DNA of 64,000 nt from Phoronis australis (taxonomy: Eukaryota; Animalia; Phoronida), in assembly GCA_002633005.1 (NCBI GenBank), contig NMRA01000258.1:124001-188000 (forward strand). The letters run 5' to 3'. The stretch's first letter is position 1; each line of letters starts with the position of its first letter. Under the pieces are notes generated by a model. That model worked only from the letters and a program-made list of their open reading frames with translations. It did not search any database and had not been told where the DNA came from. Below are positions 1 through 12,700 of the stretch, in pieces. Position numbers and translations under genes: made by a program.

Positions 1-708
1 ATCTGCATATCACCAATATTCTTTAGAAATTCAATGTTTCTGACAAAACTTAGCCCCTTGTTTGACTTTTTGTGTCTTACATGGTGTGTTTTATATTTTT
101 GTTAACTTGAAAGCAGATGGACAGATTCGACTAAGTACTGCTTTGGTTCCTAATGGCAGTTTGTTTTCTTTTACGTTTTTGCCTTATCTTTGGAGTTCTT
201 TAACAGAATGAAATTTGGCCAATAGTTTTGAGTATGATGTGAACAATGGACTTCTTTTTCGTAACGAAGGAGTCCTGTTCAACATACATTCACATCTAAT
301 ACTGTTGTTGCATCCTCATAAAGGATATGTCCCGAGTTGAATTTGCTGCAGTGTTGCGGTTTGTGGCGAATGTCTCATTCTTACCTTAGAGCCTATAATG
401 GCAGGTGTACCAAGATGAATTTACACAATGGATGACTTCCACATTTTTTAAAATTCATTGATAAATACAAAAGGTTGAATGTTATGCTGGATTTGTTTGT
501 GTTATGACCCCACACCACTGCAGTAAATTAGCTGTTAACCTATTTTCAGACTATGTAGTTTTGATTGAAACTATGTACTAAGTTAACACCACTTGAATCT
601 TGCTCTATGAACACTTTATATTATATTAACATTGGCCACTAGTACTGTAATGTTGTTGTTTAAGTTTACATTTAATCATTTCATTGTTGTGTTTTGTTGT
701 CATTCCAG

Positions 709-3700
709 CTTATGTTCTCCAAGTTATGTTTGACAAAGCTGCAGGTGTGAACATGTATAATGAAAAACAAACGGCATATCGTGAGCAACTGGTGGATGAA
801 GATGTCAAGGATGTGACGTAAGCTATCATCTGTTTGCACATTACTGTGTTAGGTCCAAAAACATTTAACTAAAAATATTTATTTTCTGTCGATTGTTAGC
901 AGCCGCTTATCGGCTTTTCATCGGTTGGTTGCAAAGTTTTAAATTAAAATCATGACACAATTTTACAAGTTTCGCCAATGAATATCGGTCAAGTTGATTC
1001 CAAACGAAAGCAACTAATGAATTCCTCTTTATGTTCCAAATACAGTATCTGCCTTTTTGTGGAAATCTTAACACACAAGACTCAAAAACTTGTCATTTTT
1101 TGTTAACAGTTCCACTTGTGACAAAGGTTCAATCATGATACAATGCGTTGTTTTGTGGACCACAATTACACTCCCCTAATGAAGAAGGTTTTAGACACCC
1201 AAAACCAGCATGAGATTCTTTGGAGGTTTGAAATTGTTTTCATTCAGAAATAATTATTTTTTTCAGTTCTTCTGACTTTGATGCTTGCATTGGTCTTCCT
1301 ATTGAGTATGAATGTAAAGAGATCGATGACTCGACTAACCCTGTGGAAAGAGAACATATCAAGGATGTACTGAATGTCAGTGAAATCAGTCCCAACAGTC
1401 ACTTCCTGAAAAATAAGGTCAGTTTTGGAGTGAAGTCAAGGTGACACAGTGTTCAAATCATATTTGACTGTTTGAACTACCTTCCACATACAGGTCACAC
1501 AAAACCTTATTGTACAAAATTATGGAGAATATTCCACGCCTTCAAACTTACACAAGTGCAAGTGGAACTGTCAAAGTAGCTGGAATGAAGAGTCATGGCA
1601 GGTCATTTCTCATGATGACTGGTCATTACTAGTGATGATAGGTCATAACTTATCATGAAGGTCATTACTCATCATGAGGGTCAATACTCATCATAACAGG
1701 TCATTACTCATCTTGAGAGGTCATTACTCATCATGAAAGGTCATAACTGCTCATCTTGACAGGTCATTGCTCATCATCACAGGTCATTACTTATCGTGAC
1801 TGGTCATTACTAATGATGATAGGTCATAACTTATCGTGACAGGTTATTACTCAATCATGACTGGTCATTACCCATCATGACAGGTCATTACTTATCATGA
1901 CAGGTCAATACTCATCATGACTGTCATTACTCATCATGATTGTCATTAATCATCTTGACAGGTCATTGCTCATCATCACAGGTCATTACTCATCCTGACA
2001 GTCAGAGAACTGAAGTTTTGTCCACTTGGTTTTGGCATGTACTGTATTATTATCATCATGGTGAATCCATGTTTGACTTGTACTGCTATCATTGGTGGTG
2101 AAGCTATGTTTGACATGTCGTGCCAGTAGTTAGTCTCTCCGTCCAAGAATCAAATTTGTTATTGAGACCACGTACCGTAACTGTGTAAAATTGGTATCAG
2201 CTTTTTCCTTATTACTCAGACAAGAAGAGATTACTTGGTTTGCAGAGAACTGGCAGTTGACTCTGCTTTGATTCCGTGCTTGGTGCATATATTGGCACAC
2301 CTTGACAAGACAACTAAAAAATCCTCGCGCAATAATGATATGTCAGTTCTTTGGAAGGCCTGAAATCTACTCTACTTTGACTAAGAAAAGTGTTGATACT
2401 AAGGATGAGTGATTTAGATCAAAACTTGATTTTTGAGCTGGAAGGCAGGTTTACTGCTAAGCTGCTCCTGAGGTCCATAACACTTTCTATTCAAGGTTTC
2501 TAACTACCTATTTCCTTTATGCAGGACAACTCTAAGTTCCTGTTATATCCTGAACTTGTCATTGATGTAAAGAGAAACAAGAACAGTAAAGACATGTGGC
2601 CGGGTGAAACACAGACATGGGTGATATCTAAGGTATACACATTATTCTGTTTTAGACCAGAGGCCTAGACCTGACATTTGATGGTAAAGTATTACTGAAT
2701 GCATTAGATATTGGTCCATGTGATCTTGGGGTTGTGACTCTTAAAAGTGCTGTTAGTTGCTGATTTGTTTAATTGTGTTTTTTGTCTTGATCTTGTGGTC
2801 GTAAATACTTAAATTTTGTTTTTAATATATCGTGGAGCTGAGAATTTAGGATTAGAATTGGATTTCGTTATCTGTTAACAGTGAGTAACACCCGCTTGCT
2901 CAACCTATTTTGAGTACCACAACAGATAGCCATTGGAGATATTGCACCGGCATTGTTGTGTCAGAAAGAAAATTAGTGCAAAGCTTTATTCCTAGTAAAT
3001 TGTGTATTAGTGGAAAACTTGCGTTTTGAAAATCATACACCAAAGAGTATTTCTGAAGGTTTTATGTGTTGATTCAGCCAGGTACACTGTGCTTTACTGC
3101 CATCTATTGTAGACTGGTTACATCTACACCATGGCCATGTCACAGCTGGTCCTGTCAGTTACTGAAATAGAGGTGACTATCCCCCTCAAGACTCCGAAGG
3201 CTACTGAGGTGGAGGGGTTCCTTGTCACTCTGCAGAAGAAGATGGTGGGTAACCCCAACCAGAGGTGGGGCTTCTCCACTGATGGATTCATTTATTGCCT
3301 GGTGAGTAGCAATCCTCCCTTGTGTCAAGCGAATGGTTCTGTTAGAGAATTTTCCCATTCGCATGGTTCATTGTTTTTGACTACCACCTCTCCATGTTGT
3401 TTAATCATATGTTTGATGTTGTTCTGGACTTCCGTATCTCCTTTTAGCCTCACTGGTTTTATTAATAGATATTTCATTTTTTATTATTAGGGTCAACCTG
3501 AGCTGGTTCTTACTCATCTGGGTCCACTGTTCGGTGATGAAGAGAACCAGATCACAAGTGAAAATGGTCCCAAGGGTCATCGAGCCTATGTAGCTGTGTG
3601 TGAGAAAGTGGATGGCAAGGACGGAGCTCAGCAAAGGTAGGCAGTGTAGCTGTAGTGGACAACTAATGCGCCACTTTGTGCTCGCTGCAGACTATATCAT

Positions 3701-6700
3701 GGGCTTGTTGGCACTGTGCCAACTGTGCAATTCTTTGTGGGTTAGCCTGGCCCTTATGGGAAGACTGCAGGGCTTTCTTGTCCTCTTATGTGTTTTTAAT
3801 AAAAACAACCTACTCTAGTTGGATTTAAACCGGCTTGACATGTTTTGCCGTTTATTGAAACACCATCATCAGAAGAAAAAAAAACAGTGGCCACCTATTT
3901 TCTTTTCCTTTTTTATTTTTTTTTCTTCTGATGATGGTGTTTCAATAAATGCCAAAACATGTCAAGCTGGTTTAAATCCGCCATTGTTTTTATTAACATT
4001 ATGCTGCAACTTGCTGTCATGGAGCTCATAATATGTGTTGGTACTAGCAGAAGTCTGGTCATAGAGTTGGGCCCGTTACATGGAACAATTGATTACAAAT
4101 CATCAAACCTCTAAGGTCATTATTATGATTATCAACCATTGCTTAGTAACTAATTGTAATGTGAAGCAAGATGCCAAGTTGTCAAAATGAAGAATGTGTT
4201 ATCATGAGTTGAAATAAGGGTCGTCTTGGCAACAAGGCCTAATTGGTAGTTGATAGATTTCATTTAATATGATCATTTTTTGAAACCTAACAAGTGTAAC
4301 GTTAATAAATTGTGTACCATGTTGTGTTGTGTGTGAATGTTGTAGGTGGGCTGTTAAATAACAGAGACCAATTGACAATCTTGTGATGTGTGTGAACCTT
4401 GCATGTGGGCTGTTAAATAACAGAAACTTGGCAATCTTGTGATTTGTGTGAATGTTGTAGATGGGCTATTAAACAAGAGAGACTTGACAATCTTGGCCAG
4501 TGGAAGCATACTCAGGGTACAGACCAGGAGTGGAAGAAGAGAGCATACTCTTGGCCTGTCACTGAGGAGGGAAACTGGAATGAGGTGTGTGAATTGGGAG
4601 AAGGGAATCAAAATAAGCGGCTGTGGGGGTGTTCAGGGTAGGTTGGGACACCGGGACAGGTAGGTTGGGACACCAGGACAGGTAGGTTGGGACACCAGGA
4701 CAGGTAGGTTGTCTCAGATGGAAGAAAGGAGGCTAGCCTTCTTTTAGTCCATAGCTGAGGACTGGGTGACTCGGATGAGATGTGGACACATCAGGGAAGT
4801 GTGGAAGAGTTCTGGGTAGGAAAGGGACGGTACCGTTATAAATGAGAATCAAGAATGGAAAAGGAACTGCCCATTATCATAAAGTACGTGAACAAAAAAT
4901 AGGGTGAGATCACAATTATCTCGAGGCTAGGGAAAATCCAGGAGATTTAGAATCATTCTGTTTTCTACAATATATATAGTTGTTTTGGGAATCGATTCCT
5001 GTCACAATTGTAGCAACGGTACTTTTTTACTGAGCTAGTTCCAAACTGAGATTGAGTTCTTATTGTACATCTCAGACACATATTATGTTTAAGTCATTAC
5101 TACATCTTGTCAAGCTTCCAGTTGTTAACCAGAGTGTTCATCTTGAATGACTGTTTAAGTGATAAGATTGGGAAGCCTACTTGACATTGTTATTCATTCT
5201 TATGACCACTTTCAGTTGGTTTCTACTCACTACAGTTAATTGTACTCTCCAACCTGATGTATGCTTCACCTGTTGTATGCTTCACCTGATGTATGCTTCA
5301 CCTGTTGTACTGTCTTTAGTAACCAAAACCTCTCAAAATATTCCCTCGTTGAACTAAGTTAAGTGACGCCATGAATAATTACTTGAGAGGTCAATGGGGG
5401 TATAAAATCATATTTTAATGTAATTTAGTTTACAAATAAAGATTTTATATGAAATCACATTTTTTTCACAATTTTATAAAGCAGTGTATGTTTATTTCTA
5501 AGTTGATTCCTATTGGCTAACACACAAGGAATACTCTGTTGATGATGTCACAGCACAGGCATAGTTCTTTTTTCTGTTTGTAAATGGTTTACTTTGGTTT
5601 GTTTTCTTCTGAGTTTACTCAATGGTACAAGAATTTTTACTTTGTGACCTTGATGATCATCCTTCAATAACATTGTGAAGAAAATTTTAAAATTTAATAC
5701 TTTCAATTGATATTGCTTAGTCTCCTTGCCTTGGTCAAATGTCATTTGATTTGTTGCAGGACTTCGATTGGCCTATGGAGGGCTTCTTAATACCCGGAGT
5801 GCCACCTATTAGAAAAGTGCAGAAAGATTATGGAGGGCGTAAGTTGAAACTTGAATTTTTATTATTCATCTTGATACTTGTTTGCATTGTCATGTATTTA
5901 GAGTATCATGCACTGTTCAATGCACTGTTCAGTGTCACTTCAAATGACAGTGTCTTGTCTTTTCTAGATATTCCACTCAGACTGATGGTGGTAAAAAATG
6001 GTGAGAAGCAGACCAACATGGTTATGCCAGTGGTGGGACCCAATCTGACTAACGTATGTGCAACTTAGCTCTCAGTTAAATGTAATAGTATTAACTAAAG
6101 ATACAGTTGGAATGAGAGTTTACAACTGAAAGCAAATGACTGCCAGCGGTTAACTGTACTGTAGTTAGTGAATGTTTGTCCTTTAGGTGGCAGCACTGGC
6201 TATAACTGATGGACTGATTGCTTAACAGCTACTATTTCAATGGAGTTCAGACGTTTTTTATGAAATTTTATTCTTCTATGTTGGAGAAAATAAAATACGT
6301 CACATTTTCATTCAATTGTTCAGATGATGAAGGACCTGAATAAGACTGCGCAAAATGGCAAGCGCCACATGGGACACAGCCCAGTACAGAAGAGGGGACA
6401 GAGTAAAGTTAAGCATGACCACAGCAAGTGTGAGGGAGAGGACAAGGGTGACTCTGTGGCCAACGATACTCACCTGCACTGCGAGGAGATGACACTTCCT
6501 CAACTAGAGATGTTACTGGTGAGTATCACTAGCCATTCACTGATACTGGTACCACTAACCATTCACTGATACTGATGAGTATCACTGATACTGGTACCAC
6601 TAACCATTCACTGATACTGATGAGTATCACTAGCCATTCACCAATACTGGTGAGTGCCACTAGCCATTTACTGATACTGGTTCCACTAGCCTTACATTGA

Positions 6701-9700
6701 TACTGTTGAGTATTGCTAGCCATACAACTGCTTAGTGTCATTAGCCATTCACTGATACTGCTTTGTATCTCTAGCTTTTCGCTGATACTGGTGAGTATCT
6801 AGTCATTCACTGATACCTATGAGTTTCACTAGGCATTCAGTGATACTTCCATGTATCACTTGCTATTCACTTACTGCCGAGTATCACTAGCCATTCACTG
6901 ATGCTGGTGAACATGAGCTGTCATTTTCTATTCACTGATATTTGTATAATAGATACTCATGTAGTGACTATTCGATAGATTTTACTGGTCTGAATCACTA
7001 TAAGATTTTTCCTGGTATTAGTGTAATGAGGTAGTGAGCTTTTTTGGAAGTTTTCAGAAAGTCAATCATTAAATAAAATTTAATGTTATCGATACACATC
7101 TGGCAAATTTGTTGGGACAGTAGTTATCATGATTTTAAAATCGGAGAACGCATTGACCTGACTAATCTAGTTGTTACCGTTTTTCCTTCCTCCAGTTTCT
7201 AGAGAGGTGCACTGGACTTTTGGACCTACCATTTGCTGCTCGACGACTCTTTGATGAGACTGGACGAGAACACGTGACCTTGGCTGAGTTGCAACGGGAC
7301 CAGCTTGTATTTGTTTCATGTGGTGAGCCATTTAATGATCCATCACTGAGCAAGAAGGAGCAACAGAGGCGTTTCCTACTGGCCAACTTGGCAGGAGATG
7401 TGGCACAAATCAGGCAATTTGTGGCCCTCAGAGATCCTCAAGGTATGTTGACAGGCTTTCCCTTGTGTCACCGTATGCATCTCTGCTACGCATCACTGAC
7501 TGTTCAGCACCAGTTTCTATAGCCAGGTTGCTTAACTCGTTTACTATACTTCAGCTGAGTCAGACATTAAAGGCAATATCTACAGGCATCTTCCTCTCAC
7601 TGTTCTTAACTTTCTCAGTTTAAGCTGACACTTCATGGATGTAGAAGTCTCTTGAACTTGATGTGCAGTGTCAGAGTTAATTGTCAAGTGATTGCTGAAA
7701 CTTTTTCTTAAGAACTACCATTATTGAGTTTTTGTAATATCAGTCTTGTTCATAACGTGATCATTCTTTACCATAACTTTGTAATAGTCATCTTGTCAAT
7801 AATGTGCTCATTCGTTTAGCTTTACTGTGACTTTGATTGTAGTCAGTAACTGTGTGTGTTGTGACAACATTTTCCAAACTGTATTCAGACTTAGCTGTGG
7901 CTCATTTTGTGATTTTGCAGACTTTGTGCTTGAAGTTGAGGGTGCTCTTGTGCCCAACGCTAGACTCATTGTCAACCAGTGTTATCTCCCCCCCGAGTCG
8001 CATGATGACCAAGTCAGTGGGGATGAGGATGAACAGACGGAGAATGACGATCAGGGTACCCATCCATCCATGGATGAAATTCTGGAGACTACGTGAGTTA
8101 ATTATTTTGTGGAAAGTCCACTTAATGGAGTTCTGTAGGCTCAAAAATTTATTGTTTAAGACAGTATAACTTTGAAATTAAAAAGTATTTTTTATATTTT
8201 CTGATTCTCTAATGATTAATGCAGCCCGCCTTACATCACAAAACCCAACTTTTGATTTACGGGTCGTTATGAAATTTTTCTCATATTGTCCCTTAGTCAA
8301 ATTGAAGGTGACTTCATGGCTTCAAAGAGCCGTGACAGTTCATTATTCCTTGAGACCAGGCTCTTCAAGTTCACTCGTTATCATTTTATGTGCCGAATTT
8401 GGTTTCAAGAAATAACGAACCCAGAAATCACTTCTCACTGGGTAAGGAACAAGGTGAGAGTAAATGATCTTCTTGAACGAAAAATGAATTTATAGCTGAA
8501 GATAATTTAATTTTATTAATAAATAAAACTTGCCTGTGGACTGCCCAATTCTGTTTTCTTGCAAGATGTTGTAACCATTTTTGTTACTCTTGTTTAGGTC
8601 AGATACTCATTCCAAAACTAGTAGCAACAGGTAGAGTGATGTACATTTGTCTGATTTCTATCACACACCATTTCAGCATTATAGAACGTTTTTCACAACC
8701 AGTTGATTGTTTCATATCATTTTTTATTTTTATCATTTCGTATTGCGATCAATGGTCGTGAAAAGCATGGTTGGTTGCTGTTTGCCATTTTAGTTTAAGC
8801 GCACATTGTGTTGTCCCGCCTTTTTCATTTTGTAACCAAGGTTACAAGTAAAGAATATTAACTTTACATCCTTGTAATTAATGCTGACTATTGTAAATAT
8901 AGAGAGACTAAAATTATTACAGCAATACTTTAGGTTAAGTCTTCATTCTCAGTGTTGGGAGTGTTTTGTTGTTTCTGTTTTAATGTACTTTGCTTGTGTC
9001 ATACTATTATTCAAAAGCCATTCAGAGAGCTGTGAAATTATCAGTCTTGTCAAATTGTAGCACTGCCCACGAGAGAGCTCACATGAGATCAGAGAACAGG
9101 CTGGAAAAAATGAAATGGCCATGGGAACGAATTGCTAATGAGGAACTTACGGACACGTTTGAGGAACATCCGGTGTCACCTACAGGGAAAATGACTGAAT
9201 CGCAACGGAAAAGGTGTGCTGTGATTTATTTTCCTTGCAAGAAAAGTTTCAGTGTGGTCCTGCAATTCAGTTGTAAAGCATGGCAATGTCTCATGAAGTT
9301 TCATATGATCTTGTGTTTTCGTGACATTCTTGCATCTACCGAGTGCGACTCGGGCAAAACACCTCTTGTGACCTACTTAACATTTGAAATTTACTCGTTC
9401 TAGGTCAAGATCACGATCACCAGTGAAGTCACCCCGAACTCCCGGGATCCACCTGCAGATGTTTGTGTTCAACAATGGCTTCATTCAGAGTGCTAACAAG
9501 GATGACTTGGTTCTCGGGGTAGCAGAGCAAGAGGGCAGGGTAATGGAAGTGACACTGATGAAGAAGCGAGCAGACAACATCTACCAACAGTGGGTCATGC
9601 AGGAGAATGGGTATGTTGGCTATACCTGATGAATAGAAACACTCTGAAACTTCTGATTACTCTTCTGAAACAGACATCCGAATCTAAGCTCAGGCTCAAC

Positions 9701-12700
9701 TCGGGCTCAGAGTCGGGCTTCGAGTTAAGAGAGTTTACCCAGGACCCTGAAGCTCAATACATTATGAAACTTGTGGTGAAAAGTTTTGATAACTTGATAT
9801 CTGACATCAGTTTTTCATTTTTTATGTCTCAGCTATTACAAGTTACAAAATTCTCACTTAAAATTTTTCTTTTGACTTTAATTCCTGGCAGTCCTATGAT
9901 AGAATTGCATCAGATTTGCAGTAACCTTAGAATAATACCCATTGCCCAGCATTTAATGTTGAGCTTCCTGTGTTTTGAACACGATAGTTGCTAATTGTTT
10001 TGATTGATTTATCCTACTGCTATTCATGTTTGATTTCCAGCATAATCCGTTCCAAACATAACCCTCAGCTAGTTCTAAGCGTTAGTATGCCAAGTAACCT
10101 GCGTAAAGAAGACACAGCTATGCCTCTCTCCTATGTGGGCGCGGGCGTCAGCCTTCAGCCTAAGAAGATTCATCAGTTTGGACAAGCCAATCAGAGGTGG
10201 CGGTACGACCCAGAGACCAAAGTCATCTCGGCGTTTCACACAGACTATGTGGACAAAGAAGTAACGGCAGCCAACAAGGCCAACGTGTGTACATATGCTG
10301 TGACACAAGAAGAGTTGGATCAACCGGTGAGTCATGAGTGAATCTTGTGCTTTTGTGGAGCAATGGTTTTCTTAGAGTCTAGTCACGAACCACTGTTGGA
10401 TTCTTTTGTTTTTAATAATCATTCTTTTGCTGTTTGCAATTTTCTACATAACTCTCAATTAAAATACTTTGAGAATTTTATAAATTAAAAGAAACAGTCA
10501 TGAAACTGAGTTCTATGGTGTAGTTTAATTTAGGTACTTCAGAAAGGATTGAACATAGACAGTTCTATTGAACATAGTTCTATTGAACATAGTTCTATTG
10601 AACATAGTTCTGTTAAATACAGACTAAATGACTCAGTAATATAAATATACACATTTTCATTACCATTGTTTGTATGTCTATGATTCTTTTCTCAATATCA
10701 ATCTATTGTGAGCTTTGTTTGTGTCAGGGCTACACTACAGTGATCCCAGCAGAGGACAACAAATCCCAGCGTATCTTTCTTTGCACGTCTTGTGCTCGGG
10801 CCATGAGAGGGCGCCACAAGCTGGAGAAGATACCTCATGCTGTTGACTTCTCTTGTGCAATGGGCCGAGGTAAACATGATCACCATAGTGTAGAATAGCC
10901 TTAGAATTGTCAAACAACTGTTAGTTATCGATAATCTATTACAAATTGCTGGTCTCCTTTCAAGTTAAACTCCAGCTATGATAATTCCAGGATTTGTTGA
11001 CTCAGTAGTAAAAAAGCTTAATATGTCATGTGTTGTGTTTTGAAGGAAAGTGTTCAGGTTACTCATTTTTCCATGTCAAAATCAAGAATTCAAATTGTGC
11101 TTTGATCAAACAAACATTATTTCTGAATGCAGTAGGTCCACTGTACAAAATTCAGCTAGACTAAGAGTTGAATATTTAATTTTATTTCTCAGCATGTAAT
11201 TTGCATTTTATAGACTTTGTTTTTCTGGTTTGTTTTTGTTGTTATTTTGTTACTGCCTCACATCCATGTGATGCTAGACTGAGCTTAAATCTATTTAGCG
11301 AAACGAATGCATTTTGTACAGCAAGTCTTTTGACTCGATCAGTCCATCACTTTTGAAATTTGTATGTTTGTTAATTTGCAGCCAAAGATTATGGCATGAA
11401 ACAGATTGGTAGTTTCCAGTGCCTCAATGGCAAAGTTGACCTTTCAACTTTTGAAGCCAAGAACACATTGAATGAATGGGAGGAGACACTGGACATGCTG
11501 CGTCAAGAGACGAGTGTTCGGGTGATCGCACGTCACATCTCGGCCACTCGTACGGTGACGACAGTGAAGATATATGCTTACAGAAATGGTGAAGGTCGTC
11601 TGAAGCCAGGAGAGCTTATTGTGGGGTCCAGCATTGTTGGGGTAGGTTTTGTTTACTTTTAATTAAGGATTATTTTAATTTTGTATAGTCACTTGGTTTA
11701 TCATTACTATTTGGTTTTAGTATTAAGATTCCTGAGGTGTCAATGGTTTACAGTGATTGTAATTATGGATGTCAGTGTTAGGGTAAAAGTATTGTGTGTG
11801 CATTAGGATATTGTAAGTTGATGAAGTAATTATTCTTGCATATTGACAATGAGCTCTGAGTTCTTATTGAAAAATATTGACTGTGGCACAAAAACGGTTG
11901 ATGGGAAATACCTATTGAAAGACAGTTTGTTTATTTGATTGTTACGTTTTCAATTCCATGGAATTTTATCTGGTTGTTTTAAAAATAGGACTTCAAAACA
12001 ATAAGATTGCTAAAAACAAAAGTTTCAATTTTATGTTTAAGTTCCCTGGTGTCTCCATCTTTCAGCTGTTGGAACAGTGTACATATCGGCTTCAGATGAG
12101 CAGTGCAGCTCGTAGGTTATTTACTGCAGATGGCACTATGATCTTAGACATGGATGACCTCATCAACTGGGCGGTGCTTCACTACATGAGTGGCATGAAG
12201 CAAACGCATAAGAAGAAGGTCAGGCAAGAACCAGACGGTCAACAAGCAGCTGAGGGTATGGTGGCTTTCACCTAAACACGGGGTTTTCACGCTGTCTTAA
12301 AGCAGCATTTCTGAAACTATGTTTTATCCAAATGCAAAGTTTGATTTAGATTACAGTAAAATTGGTCACAAAACTCAAATAGGATGAGATTTCCAAAGAA
12401 CTGACAGTTCATTTTTCCTCGAGGCCATGCTTGGAACCGTTACTTGTAGAGCTTGGTCTCAAGCATTAGCGAACTGTCAGTGCATTCAAAGCCTTAACAT
12501 TTACCAAAGAACAATTTTTGAATGATGGTAAATGAAACTGTTTTTGGTACTGAAGTATTTTGACTTATAGTGACCTTAAAACTATGGGAACTGGGTGACC
12601 TTATAGCTAACTCATTAGATGCTCAACTGAGAGGTTGAGGAATCTGTTCGTTGGTCAACTATTGCTGCCAGCACAACTGTTCTCAAGATCATAGACGCAG

